IMG/VR virus record: IMGVR_UViG_2778261509_000015
DNA from: a virus
Lineage: Duplodnaviria > Heunggongvirae > Uroviricota > Caudoviricetes
Length of the DNA: 33,902 nucleotides
Strand: one strand, 5' to 3'
Positions 9,104 through 18,088 of this stretch are shown piece by piece; position 1 is the stretch's first letter, and the number at the start of each line of letters is the position of its first letter. The notes below the pieces were generated by a model. It saw nothing but the letters and a program-made list of their open reading frames with translations, ran no database searches and was not told the DNA's origin. The position numbers and the translations under genes were made by a program.

Positions 9104-11062
9104 TTACGCCGTACATTTCACCAGACCGCGGTGATCAACTGGCGCGACACCGGCGTCAATACGCACTTTCGTTGTCACGCCATCCACACTGAAGCCCTCC
9201 ATCTGATCAATATATGGCGTATCCACACCGTTGAGATAAGCCACTTCAATCGTATCGGAGCCTTTTGACGCAGCCAGGTAGAAGGTGGTCTGGCTGTTAT
9301 CATCAAGACGAGGCTCTGCAATAACGGTCGCAAAATCTTTCACCGGGTTAATAATACCGGCGTTAATGTCAGCCCCCTTGACACTTGAGGAGCGAATGAC
9401 CTGGTTAGCAACAGACTCCATCGCCGTCGGTACCAGTACGAACGCAGGACGAATATTCAGATGACGCTCCCCCTCTTTCTGAACGCGCATCAACTGGCGG
9501 GCTTTATCCAGCGATGCCACGTCCATTGCAGCGCTCTCCAGTACGTTTGCATGTTTCGCTTTATCGAACAGACTTACATTATCTGTGGAGATTTTCGGGT
9601 TAGACGTCAGAATGGCATAAACCAGATCGGCAATAGTGGATTTCGCCGCACGGCCCAGTTTCATCGGGACATCGGTCAGCATATTCAGATCATCATTGAT
9701 AATGGCCTGACGGGTGATACTGAACAGCTCGCCATAGGTCGCCAGTGCAATAGTGGCCTGTTTATCTCCGGTGGTGACGTATTTATATTCCGCCCCTTCA
9801 CGCACCTGACGCAGAGCACTGAAGCCCCCCATACCCACGCGATGGGCAATTTTAAAATCAGACAACTGACCTTTCCGCGTCCACTGTTCATAGGTTTCAG
9901 GGGCATCTTCCCAGCCCTGCAGAATGGCTTTGTTCGCAACATCCAGCAGAATATTACCGAAGTCAGACGTACTGTGTGTGAACGCCGCACCGACCATCTG
10001 CATCGGGTTATAACTGGAAACCCCAATACCCCGTTCAGTCAGTGACATACGGGCATATTCACGCAGGGTCATCCCGTTGTAGACATTATCACGTTCGGTT
10101 TTTTCAAATCCGGCACGCGCCATCAGCGCCTGGCGGATCCCGTCCCCCACAAAATTACCGTTACCGGCATAAATATGAGCCGGGGTATTTTTATTGGATG
10201 GCGTGGACTCGCGCCCCATCTCGTTCAACAGCTTTTCGCGGGCCTGCTCCAGCGAACATTCAGGATCGGCAAGACACTGAGCCTGCAACGACTGATAACG
10301 CCCGCCAAACATGGCAAACAGATCATTAATACCGTTTACACGCGCTTTTTGCTCTGCCAGGACCTGCGCACGGATGCTGTTTTCATCCACCACGGGTGCT
10401 GCTGCCTGCACTGGCGTCCGGGAGGCTGCAGGTCCATCATCCTGTACGCGTGGAGCACTGTTGCGTGGCGGAGTAATCATATTTCGAATGGATTCCGGCA
10501 TCTTTTTAAATTCCTCTGTACGTTTTGACTGAATACATGCCATTGCCTTAACGGCTGGCGTCACCTGATCAGCAAATCCCTGTGCCAGACATTCGGCACC
10601 GGACATCCAGGTCTCATCCGCCAGCATGGCAGCAATTTCATCGGTGGTTTTCCCGGTTTTCTGTGCATAAGCGGGTAACAGAACCGCCTCAACTTTATCG
10701 AGCAGGTCGGCATAGGTGCGCATGTCCTCCGCATCACCGCCCGTAAAGCCAAATGGTTTATGAATCATCATGAAGGTGTTTTCCGGCATAATGACCGGGT
10801 TTCCCACCATCGCAATGACCGACGCCATTGATGCCGCCACACCGTCGACATAAGCGGTAATGGACGCACCATGTGTTTTCAGTGCATTAAAAATGGCGAT
10901 GCCTTCAAAGACATCGCCACCCGGTGAATTGATATGGAGATTAATGTGGGTGATATCGCCCAGTGCATTCAGATCACTGATAAACTGCTTCGCTGTAACA
11001 CCCCAGAAACCAATCTCGTCATAAATATAAATATCCGCGTCACTCTGGTGACCAGCCTGCAT
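9104..11062 (-). CDS. Prohead protease (ClpP/S14-like) fused to HK97-fold major capsid protein, single ORF
   Basis: N-terminal ADIYIYDEIGFWGV...NSPGGDVFEG...MMIHKP is a ClpP-type serine protease; C-terminal two thirds are capsid-like; ATG at 11062 lies 44 nt after portal stop (ORF track start 11323 overlaps portal). Confidence 0.75.
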   Translation of the reverse strand: MQAGHQSDADIYIYDEIGFWGVTAKQFISDLNALGDITHINLHINSPGGDVFEGIAIFNALKTHGASITAYVDGVAASMASVIAMVGNPVIMPENTFMMIHKPFGFTGGDAEDMRTYADLLDKVEAVLLPAYAQKTGKTTDEIAAMLADETWMSGAECLAQGFADQVTPAVKAMACIQSKRTEEFKKMPESIRNMITPPRNSAPRVQDDGPAASRTPVQAAAPVVDENSIRAQVLAEQKARVNGINDLFAMFGGRYQSLQAQCLADPECSLEQAREKLLNEMGRESTPSNKNTPAHIYAGNGNFVGDGIRQALMARAGFEKTERDNVYNGMTLREYARMSLTERGIGVSSYNPMQMVGAAFTHSTSDFGNILLDVANKAILQGWEDAPETYEQWTRKGQLSDFKIAHRVGMGGFSALRQVREGAEYKYVTTGDKQATIALATYGELFSITRQAIINDDLNMLTDVPMKLGRAAKSTIADLVYAILTSNPKISTDNVSLFDKAKHANVLESAAMDVASLDKARQLMRVQKEGERHLNIRPAFVLVPTAMESVANQVIRSSSVKGADINAGIINPVKDFATVIAEPRLDDNSQTTFYLAASKGSDTIEVAYLNGVDTPYIDQMEGFSVDGVTTKVRIDAGVAPVDHRGLVKCTA

Positions 11063-11108
11063 CCTGAACCAGGAATTATTCTTCGGACTGGTCGTCGGTG
11101 TGCTGCGG

Positions 11109-12584
11109 CTACTGTCGTTTCGTTGCGGCACTGCTGCCTCCTTTATCACTGGCCGGATCGGTATCAAATACCAGGTCCAGCTTGCGGTTTTCATCAATTT
11201 CGGCCTTGCGCCGACGTTTGACATCATCCGGATTACGACCACCTGCACGTACCCAGTCTGATTCTGTCGCCGCTCCACCACGAATCTGGATTTTCCAGGC
11301 CTCAGCCTCCTTAACAGGGTCAATCCACGGCATCACCGGTCCGGAATACACCGCGGTATACAGTGAAGAACGGTCAAGATCGCGGGGTAGCCTGATAACA
11401 CCGGATGCCACAGCCTGTTTCAGCCAGGCACGATACATCGGGCGGGTGACGGCACCAATAAACCAGTCCTGCAGGATCAGGTAGCCATCAGTGGATTCAA
11501 CCAGCTCCTGACGCTGGGCGCTGTAAGTGCCGTTATAGTTGCGCGCTGTACTGGAAAAACTCAGACGACTGCCCGCCGCCACGGCACGCAACTGAGCATT
11601 ACGAAAAGTTTCAAGGTTAGGATTTGGGCGATCCGACTTCACCATTCCGATTTCTTCGCCGGGTTTCAGATCGTCGTAAATAATGCCTGGCTGAATGGTA
11701 AGCTCGCGTTCATTCTCCTTGCTGTCATTACCATCCGTTTCATAGCTCTGTCCGTCGCCTTTGCGGATGTACATCCCCAGAGCAGCGGCGACCCTTGCTG
11801 CAGTCAGCTCAGAATCTTCATACTCTTTCAGGGCGCTGAGGCGGATCAGCACACCGGACAATAAAGACGTCCCGCGCATCTGGTGCAGACGGCGAACAAA
11901 TTTAAGATGCAGCATTCGCTCTGCATCCACTTCTTTGGTTTCCATCTGCCGTCCGGATACAGGACGACTTTTATACACCAGATATTTTTCGGGACGCCCC
12001 CAGTCATCAACAAACACGCCCTGATTCAGCCTGTTGCTCTCATCACTGGTCATGGGAATAAAGTCCGGCTCGAGCGCCTCCAGCCAGAAATGAACACCGG
12101 CAGAAGGCGTCAGGCTGTTTATGCGCCCGGAAACCATCTGGGCAAACACCTCACCATCGCGCAGCCAGGTACGCAGCATCAGACGTTCCAGCATCGGACG
12201 GGTAAACTGCCCGGTGACCTCCGGACTGACAGACCATTCACTCCATCGGGTACGTATCTCCGCTGCCAGATCACGGGCAATGGCCCCATTGCGTAATACC
12301 GGATGTGGCTCGACAATAATCCCGTTTTTCCCCACCACCCGTTCTTCCAGCTTGTCAAATACACCAATGACCAGATCGTGGTTGTTATCAAGGTAACGGG
12401 CCTGCTCACGTAACGACACGGCCCCGTACTGGCTTAACTGGTCGGCAGTTCGGTTCTCCCGTCGGGCTTTGTGTGTCCGCGTCGTTTTTACGGCCTCATA
12501 AGCCTGGATCACCGCACGGGAACGCAGCCTTGCCGCTTTCCATCCTGGTGAAAAAACGCCAATCACATCATCAAGAATTGCCAT
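11109..12584 (-). CDS. Portal protein
   Basis: About 490 aa between gpW-like gene and protease-capsid; ATG at 12584 forms ATGA overlap with W stop. Confidence 0.8.
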   Translation of the reverse strand: MAILDDVIGVFSPGWKAARLRSRAVIQAYEAVKTTRTHKARRENRTADQLSQYGAVSLREQARYLDNNHDLVIGVFDKLEERVVGKNGIIVEPHPVLRNGAIARDLAAEIRTRWSEWSVSPEVTGQFTRPMLERLMLRTWLRDGEVFAQMVSGRINSLTPSAGVHFWLEALEPDFIPMTSDESNRLNQGVFVDDWGRPEKYLVYKSRPVSGRQMETKEVDAERMLHLKFVRRLHQMRGTSLLSGVLIRLSALKEYEDSELTAARVAAALGMYIRKGDGQSYETDGNDSKENERELTIQPGIIYDDLKPGEEIGMVKSDRPNPNLETFRNAQLRAVAAGSRLSFSSTARNYNGTYSAQRQELVESTDGYLILQDWFIGAVTRPMYRAWLKQAVASGVIRLPRDLDRSSLYTAVYSGPVMPWIDPVKEAEAWKIQIRGGAATESDWVRAGGRNPDDVKRRRKAEIDENRKLDLVFDTDPASDKGGSSAATKRQ

Positions 12585-12796
12585 CAGAACCTCGCCAGCC
12601 GGTACCCGGGATGCCCACGTCGTCGTGTAATCAGAGCCGCAAGGCGGCGCTCCCACTCCTGCCGCCCCTGCCGGATCTCAGATAAGTTTTCCATGGTCAT
12701 CTGCTGACCATTAAAAGTGACGGATTTTCCGTCCAGCACCGCCATTTCAGCTTCCGTATAACGCTGAATCATGGCTTCAATATCATTCTGATTCAT
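12584..12796 (-). CDS. Head completion / head-tail joining protein (gpW-like)
   Basis: 70 aa from ATG 12796 (GGAGG 6 nt upstream), immediately after terminase large stop; lambda W-like position and size. Confidence 0.6.
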   Translation of the reverse strand: MNQNDIEAMIQRYTEAEMAVLDGKSVTFNGQQMTMENLSEIRQGRQEWERRLAALITRRRGHPGYRLARF

Positions 12797-14892
12797 AACC
12801 ATCCTCCGGAAGTCAGCCAGGGGTTAACATCGTCAGTTACTGTTTTCTTCCGTTTTTGTTTTTTAACAGGCGTGGATACCGGTTCCGGTGAGGGTGACGG
12901 TTCGGTACTGTCCGGGACACACTCCAGCCAGGTTTCCCGGCTCGCCCACTCCGGTGCATCCGGCCAGCGGATCTTTTCGTATCCATGCAGAATGACCAGA
13001 GCCTCGGCATACACCATCAGGTCAAAAGCTTCGTTGGCACCGCGACCCGGCTTACTCCATTTCCCGTCACTGCTCCGCTCTTCATACGTCAGTTCGTCGT
13101 AAAACCAGCTCCCCAGCCAGTCAGGGAAATGCACATAGCCGGGACCTGGCGAGTCACGCCATAACGCGTTATTCACCCGGTCTTTCAGGGCATCCGTCTG
13201 AAGAAGCCAGAGCGGCACATCACCTGCGGCCTGCGCCCGTCGGCCCGTTCGTCCGGTGTTATCAGGGAATGTACGGCTGATCAGTTTTGCGCGCCGGATG
13301 CTGTCGCCCTTAAACAGGTAAATACGTTTACCAAGGCCATCACGACGGCAACGACGCCAGAATTTATAGGCATTATCAGTGACCCCGTCTTCACCGCCGG
13401 AGTCCACCGCCATTGCCATCAGTCGCATTTGTTGAGAAGGATCGGAGGCCAGCGGCCAGCTTTTATGAAAAACATCTGTCAGCAGGACATCCCAGTCTTC
13501 CGGATAGCTGGCCGGATCAATTCGCTGGCTCTCCCCGTCGCAGTCACTGCGCAATGACTGCGTGATGTTGTAACGATCAATAATCCAGCGTTCGCCACGA
13601 CTGCCATAGCCTGTTACCTGAACCACAAAACGGCGATGACGTCCCGCCTGCACATCCACTGTCGCCACAAGGAAATTAACGCCATCCGGCACACTGCGGG
13701 AAGGAACTGGCTCTGCCCGCTGCTCAAGCAATTCACTTTTTCGTTGCTCCATGCTGGCACGAGGAAGATAAGGCAATCCCCAGTCGGTGTTGATAACCGC
13801 CCTGAGTGTTTCTTCGCTTCCTGTCGCTTCATACTCCTGTTCTGCAGTCAGTAATTTGTAAACCAGTTGCGCCCAGGTCTGATACGCAGCAGCTGGCCCT
13901 TCCATCCAGAAACTGGCGATACGGGAGCGGCGCGGTTCACCGGAAACGTTGCCGTTACGATCAATGACCTGACCTTCACGCAACCAGACTCCTGCACTAT
14001 TGAGCTCACGCTTTTTCTCCGCAGTGATAATGCCGCTGCAGTGCGGGCAAAGTAGATACGCCGCCTCACTGGCTTTAAAGGGATCCGGTTCATTACGGTA
14101 GCCGGTCATGGCATCCATGGCTGGCTGAAAATATTCACCGCAGTGCGGACATGGCCAGTACCAGCGGCGGCGGTCACCACGATTGTAAAGGGAAAGAATA
14201 CCAGTCGTCGGTGGCGCTTCATGAGGCGACTTACGTCGCCATTTGCTGTCGCAGATGTCACGTCCCGGCGAGCTCTCCACCAGAGTCATCCCGGCGGACA
14301 TAAATGTGGTGGTACGTTTTGAGGCCAGGGAGAAACCATCACCCTCGCTGTCGATATTCTCCGGAAAACGGTCGTAATCGGTTAAGGCGACAAACCGGTA
14401 ATCCGACGACGACATAATGTTGACCGAGGGCCAACCAATTTTAAGGAACGAGCCATCCCTGAACGTCTTATCATGAACATTATTGTCGTTACGACGTGGA
14501 CTCATTCTTTTCTTTACCGCCGCACTGCTTCTGAACGTTCTGTCGAGGCGCTTTTTAGAATGCTCGCGGGCCTTATCTTCGGTCATCTGCACAACGAGCA
14601 TGTCCGAAGGATCGCAAACGATGGTATAGACAATCCATCCATCGATCAGACCAATGGTCTTCCCTGTTCGCGCAGGACCAACAAAAATCACCGCATCGTA
14701 TTCACGCGATGCCAGGCAGTTCATGGGCTCAATGATGTAGGGTGTCAGTTCAGGATCCCATGGCACCGAGTTACCAGCCCCCTTGGGAACACGCATGAAT
14801 TTTTTAACAGCCTCCGAAATCGGCATGCGACGTGGTGGGGAAAATCCTGCCGATATGTCCCTTCCCAAATTTCGGGCTGATGAAAAACCCAT
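12793..14892 (-). CDS. Terminase large subunit (lambda gpA family)
   Basis: 699 aa; Walker A-like VGPARTGKT near N-terminus, C-terminal nuclease region; ATG at 14892 with AGGAGG 4 nt upstream. Confidence 0.9.
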   Translation of the reverse strand: MGFSSARNLGRDISAGFSPPRRMPISEAVKKFMRVPKGAGNSVPWDPELTPYIIEPMNCLASREYDAVIFVGPARTGKTIGLIDGWIVYTIVCDPSDMLVVQMTEDKAREHSKKRLDRTFRSSAAVKKRMSPRRNDNNVHDKTFRDGSFLKIGWPSVNIMSSSDYRFVALTDYDRFPENIDSEGDGFSLASKRTTTFMSAGMTLVESSPGRDICDSKWRRKSPHEAPPTTGILSLYNRGDRRRWYWPCPHCGEYFQPAMDAMTGYRNEPDPFKASEAAYLLCPHCSGIITAEKKRELNSAGVWLREGQVIDRNGNVSGEPRRSRIASFWMEGPAAAYQTWAQLVYKLLTAEQEYEATGSEETLRAVINTDWGLPYLPRASMEQRKSELLEQRAEPVPSRSVPDGVNFLVATVDVQAGRHRRFVVQVTGYGSRGERWIIDRYNITQSLRSDCDGESQRIDPASYPEDWDVLLTDVFHKSWPLASDPSQQMRLMAMAVDSGGEDGVTDNAYKFWRRCRRDGLGKRIYLFKGDSIRRAKLISRTFPDNTGRTGRRAQAAGDVPLWLLQTDALKDRVNNALWRDSPGPGYVHFPDWLGSWFYDELTYEERSSDGKWSKPGRGANEAFDLMVYAEALVILHGYEKIRWPDAPEWASRETWLECVPDSTEPSPSPEPVSTPVKKQKRKKTVTDDVNPWLTSGGWL

Positions 14893-14900
14893 TATTCCTC

Positions 14901-15428
14901 CTAGAGACTCTCTCCTTCCTCATCAGGAATTAATTCAGCAGCACAAGCCTCGTAGGATTTTTCCTGAAGAGTGTATCGCAGGTCATCAATGGCCTGCTGT
15001 ACAACGCCGACGGCCTGAGGAGTCAGGGCGCAATCGCGCTCAAGAACATCCGGAATTGTCTCCAGAACCTGGACGACAGCCTTTCTCATGGACGAATAGA
15101 CGATGACTACTTCATCAACGGGGATGAGTTTTCGCTGCTCCTTTTCCAGCTTGATCCTTTCATTTTCAGACTGGTACCAGTCCTTTCTCTCTTTCGGCTC
15201 CATACGGGATGGATCATGAACAGAGTCTGCTGCCTCATGCTTCACACTAAACAGGGCAGGCCCGACATGCTGCAGGGCGTAAACGGGGTTCCCCCTGACA
15301 GTCGCTGCCACAGGAGTGTTGGCCGCGAGGAGCCGTTTTTTTACTGTGTCCCGGTGAAGCCCAAAGGCCTCGGCGATTTTAAAAACACTCCAGTAATAAG
15401 CATCACCGATCCCGCTCACATTTGACAT
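14901..15428 (-). CDS. Terminase small subunit (Nu1-like, HTH)
   Basis: About 175 aa directly upstream of terminase large; ATG at 15428 with GGAG 8 nt upstream; DNA-binding N-terminus. Confidence 0.7.
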   Translation of the reverse strand: MSNVSGIGDAYYWSVFKIAEAFGLHRDTVKKRLLAANTPVAATVRGNPVYALQHVGPALFSVKHEAADSVHDPSRMEPKERKDWYQSENERIKLEKEQRKLIPVDEVVIVYSSMRKAVVQVLETIPDVLERDCALTPQAVGVVQQAIDDLRYTLQEKSYEACAAELIPDEEGESL

Positions 15429-15594
15429 AAGCAACTCCATCTGGCAGGTGAAAATCGGGTTTATTTATATATTTCAATTAATTGCAAACTAGTCTAATGA
15501 CAGGGAGAAAAAAATATTGTACAGGCGAAAAGAGAAATAACTTTTAATTATCAATAAATTACCGAACATGCTGCCGCCGCCATGGAAATGCAAA

Positions 15595-15630
15595 AACTAG
15601 CCTTTTTCCGCGACGCTCCCGCCCCGTGGC
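15595..15630. other. Candidate cos site (cosN-like), lambda-type variant
   Basis: Minus-strand ACGGGGCGGGAGCGTCGCGG resembles lambda cos GGGCGGCGACCTCGCGG as recalled; lies about 190 bp upstream of terminase small, as in lambda. Confidence 0.4.
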
Positions 15631-15870
15631 AAGGCCACCCCACCGGGAGGACCCATGAAAAATGAGAGCAATTATCATTTATGCTCAATTAAACATCAGC
15701 ATTATCGCAGCCCCTCACTGAAGGACTGCTGTAATGCTGATTGTTCAACATCAAAAAACCCAATCTGTTGCAAGTTATAAAAGCAACAAACGACATTGCG
15801 CGTTAAGATTTTCTTAATATTTAAGAAATATATTTTTTAATCTCATTTATTTTTGCAAAAGACTTTTCAT

Positions 15871-16446
15871 ATGCAGCGTCGAGAAATAAAGAAAATTACT
15901 TATTTAATCACTTTGATTTTAACTACTCTTTTGTTTGTTTATTTTTTAAGAACACCCACCACAATCAATATGAAACAGGCGCATAAAATAAATCAACAAC
16001 ACCAGACAATTTTCCTTATCCGTCACGGTGAACGATGTGACAGAAGCAAAAATGCATGTCTCTCAAGCAATAAAGGAATTACCGTCAATGGTGCCATTAA
16101 AGCTCGTGATTATGGAAAAATATTTAGCAATACTTTCCCGTCATTCAGCCTTTACTCCACGGATACCATACGGACAATGCAGACAGCCTGTTTTTTCTCT
16201 GGAGGAAAAGCAGCCTCCCGGATACCGTTGGCTGCAACATGCGGACTTGATGCTGCAAAGAACATACTCAAATTGTCATCCGATAATAAAACTACCGTTA
16301 TATTCACCCATAATCATTGCCTGACACAAATAGCAAAAAAAATGAAATGGTGGAAGTTAAAGCCAGAATATCTTGAAACACTGGTTCTTCATATCGAAAA
16401 CAATCGTCTCATTCTTGACGGAAAACTGACTCACGATAAAGCGTAA
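15871..16446 (+). CDS. Ais/PmrG-like histidine phosphatase (putative LPS core heptose(II)-phosphate phosphatase), N-terminal membrane anchor
   Basis: LIRHGERCDRS catalytic RHG motif, FTHNHCL motif, overall resemblance to E. coli Ais as recalled; ATG at 15871 (ORF track start 15853 is TTG); AT-rich flanks; opposite strand to late genes. Confidence 0.7.
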   Translation: MQRREIKKITYLITLILTTLLFVYFLRTPTTINMKQAHKINQQHQTIFLIRHGERCDRSKNACLSSNKGITVNGAIKARDYGKIFSNTFPSFSLYSTDTIRTMQTACFFSGGKAASRIPLAATCGLDAAKNILKLSSDNKTTVIFTHNHCLTQIAKKMKWWKLKPEYLETLVLHIENNRLILDGKLTHDKA

Positions 16447-16517
16447 CAATCATTCAAAGAGTCAACATATTTTCTGCATTAACCCCGAACAGTTCCTCTG
16501 CCGGGGTTTTGTATTAG

Positions 16518-16895
16518 TTATCGCCTCAACTGAAAATGCGGTCCGTCTTTCAGGCTAGTCCAGTCCCCGCCCCATTCGATGGCAGTTCCCAGCTCTGCGG
16601 CAGCCTGCTTAAATGCCTGCGCGATTTTCTCGTACAGAGGCCAGTCCCATGACACCTGGCTGCCAACCCAGGCCACAACATCCACCGCATCACCGGTCAG
16701 GTGGCGGCTGTTCATGGTCTGGCTCTTGCCTTCTGCAACCAGCTGTTTCTGGCGTTCTTTCGTGCGCAGGCCTTCCGTAATACCGAAATCAACCTCCGAC
16801 AGTTCAAGGGCGCGGCGAACTACAGCAACCAGCTGTGGTTTGACGCCTTCCAGATTTTTCTCGCTCCGGCGGCTGAATCTGAATTTACCCGACAT
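16518..16895 (-). CDS. Endolysin, peptidase M15-type (L-alanyl-D-glutamate / D-Ala-D-Ala peptidase fold)
   Basis: SRHLTGDAVDV and PHFQL zinc-ligand motifs; ATG at 16895 with GAGGTGA upstream (ORF track start 16901 is GTG); follows holin genes. Confidence 0.7.
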   Translation of the reverse strand: MSGKFRFSRRSEKNLEGVKPQLVAVVRRALELSEVDFGITEGLRTKERQKQLVAEGKSQTMNSRHLTGDAVDVVAWVGSQVSWDWPLYEKIAQAFKQAAAELGTAIEWGGDWTSLKDGPHFQLRR

Positions 16896-16897
16896 AT

Positions 16898-17173
16898 TCA
16901 CCTCAACAATGGAAAGATTCTTGTGACGTTCCCGCGTGCGCGTATCACCAGCACGCAGAACAGCAGATTAAAAAACACATCCAGCCAGCCCGTTGCTAAC
17001 GGGCGACCACACAGATAGCTGAGAGGCGCAAAGGCATACAGCAGCATCAGCAGCCAGGCCAGCCATGACATCAGCGGTTTATGTCTGGAATCACGGCGAC
17101 GATAAAAAAAGAGCGTCAGCACGATAACCGTGCATAACGCCACATTCAGCAATCCGGGAAGGTTACTTAACAT
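16898..17173 (-). CDS. Small 3-TM membrane protein in lysis cassette (second holin or antiholin candidate)
   Basis: ATG at 17173 with GGAGGAGG 5 nt upstream; 91 aa with three hydrophobic helices; overlaps holin stop and endolysin start. Confidence 0.45.
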   Translation of the reverse strand: MLSNLPGLLNVALCTVIVLTLFFYRRRDSRHKPLMSWLAWLLMLLYAFAPLSYLCGRPLATGWLDVFFNLLFCVLVIRARGNVTRIFPLLR

Positions 17174-17555
17174 TACCGCCTCCTCCGCCTCGCAAGCGGG
17201 AGAACAGTCCTGACACCAGCGATGCAATATCCTGCTGGTGGATGAACGACAGAATCTTCACCGACACCACAGACACCAGCACTGCACACAGCGCGTCGAC
17301 AGATTTACTGTGAAGCCCCAGTTTTTCGACCAGATAAGACGCCATCACATCCGCCCCCAGTACGCCGATAATAAACGACACCAGAAAATGCGCCGCCACC
17401 CGCCAGACAGAAAGCGCCTGCGGCATCGTTGCCACAAACAACGCCCCCGCGAACGCACCAAACACAATCCCGAAATCCGTTCCGGTGAACAGCCCGAATA
17501 CCGTCGCCCCTCCGAGCGCAGCCGCCGTGCCGGAACCGGATAAGGGTTCAGACAT
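17163..17555 (-). CDS. Putative holin (about 130 aa, 3-4 TM, Gly-rich C-terminal tail)
   Basis: ATG at 17555 with AGGAG 9 nt upstream; hydrophobic helices; first gene after tR'-like terminator and before endolysin. Confidence 0.5.
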   Translation of the reverse strand: MSEPLSGSGTAAALGGATVFGLFTGTDFGIVFGAFAGALFVATMPQALSVWRVAAHFLVSFIIGVLGADVMASYLVEKLGLHSKSVDALCAVLVSVVSVKILSFIHQQDIASLVSGLFSRLRGGGGGNVK

Positions 17556-17570
17556 ACTTTTTTCTCCTGT

Positions 17571-17596
17571 AAATAAAAAAGGGCCACCAGCGGCCC
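17571..17596 (-). terminator. Rho-independent terminator (tR'-like) just upstream of holin
   Basis: Minus strand GGGCCGCTGGTGGCCC followed by TTTTTTATTT, 15 nt before holin RBS. Confidence 0.6.
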
Positions 17597-17723
17597 GTAA
17601 AAAACAACACCCCGTCAAAGGCACCCACAGATACCTTTTGTGTGGTGTATTCAGATTTGACATACGCTGAGCAGGGCGAAGAAATGAAAAAGGCCCGCAG
17701 TAGCGAGCCATGAAGAAACTGAA

Positions 17724-17749
17724 TAAAAAAAAACCGCCTGGTACGGCGG
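17724..17749 (-). terminator. Second rho-independent terminator between tRNA-Gly and holin
   Basis: Minus strand CCGCCGTACCAGGCGG followed by TTTTTTTTT. Confidence 0.55.
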
Positions 17750-18013
17750 TTAAGATGAATTTCCAGGTTTTGCTTAATACGTGATTAATCTCAACGTTTT
17801 TTATAGATGTTAACAACATCGGAATGATGCATCACCGGCCCTGTCAGGAAATACAAAATCTCCACCGATAATGCACCATTACGCTGTTGTAAAAAAACAG
17901 CACTGGACTGTAACCGATATCACGTATTACAGAACAGGATGTGGATAAAGATTCAGGAAAACATCCCACATATAATATGTCAGTGCCCAAAACAACTTGG
18001 TATCGTCTACTGC

Positions 18014-18088
<75 letters not shown>

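Noticed and set aside
9685-10026. 113-aa minus-strand ORF inside the capsid gene in another frame
   Set aside because: Fully nested in an alternative frame of the protease-capsid ORF; no RBS; Cys/Arg-rich composition typical of out-of-frame translation.
16447-16517. Expected Rz/Rz1 spanin genes downstream of the endolysin
   Set aside because: Only 70 bp separate the endolysin stop from the converging Ais-like gene; no ORF fits. Reported as a finding rather than a feature.
17238-17543. 101-aa Arg/His-rich plus-strand ORF
   Set aside because: Antisense to the holin gene; extreme basic composition and no RBS.
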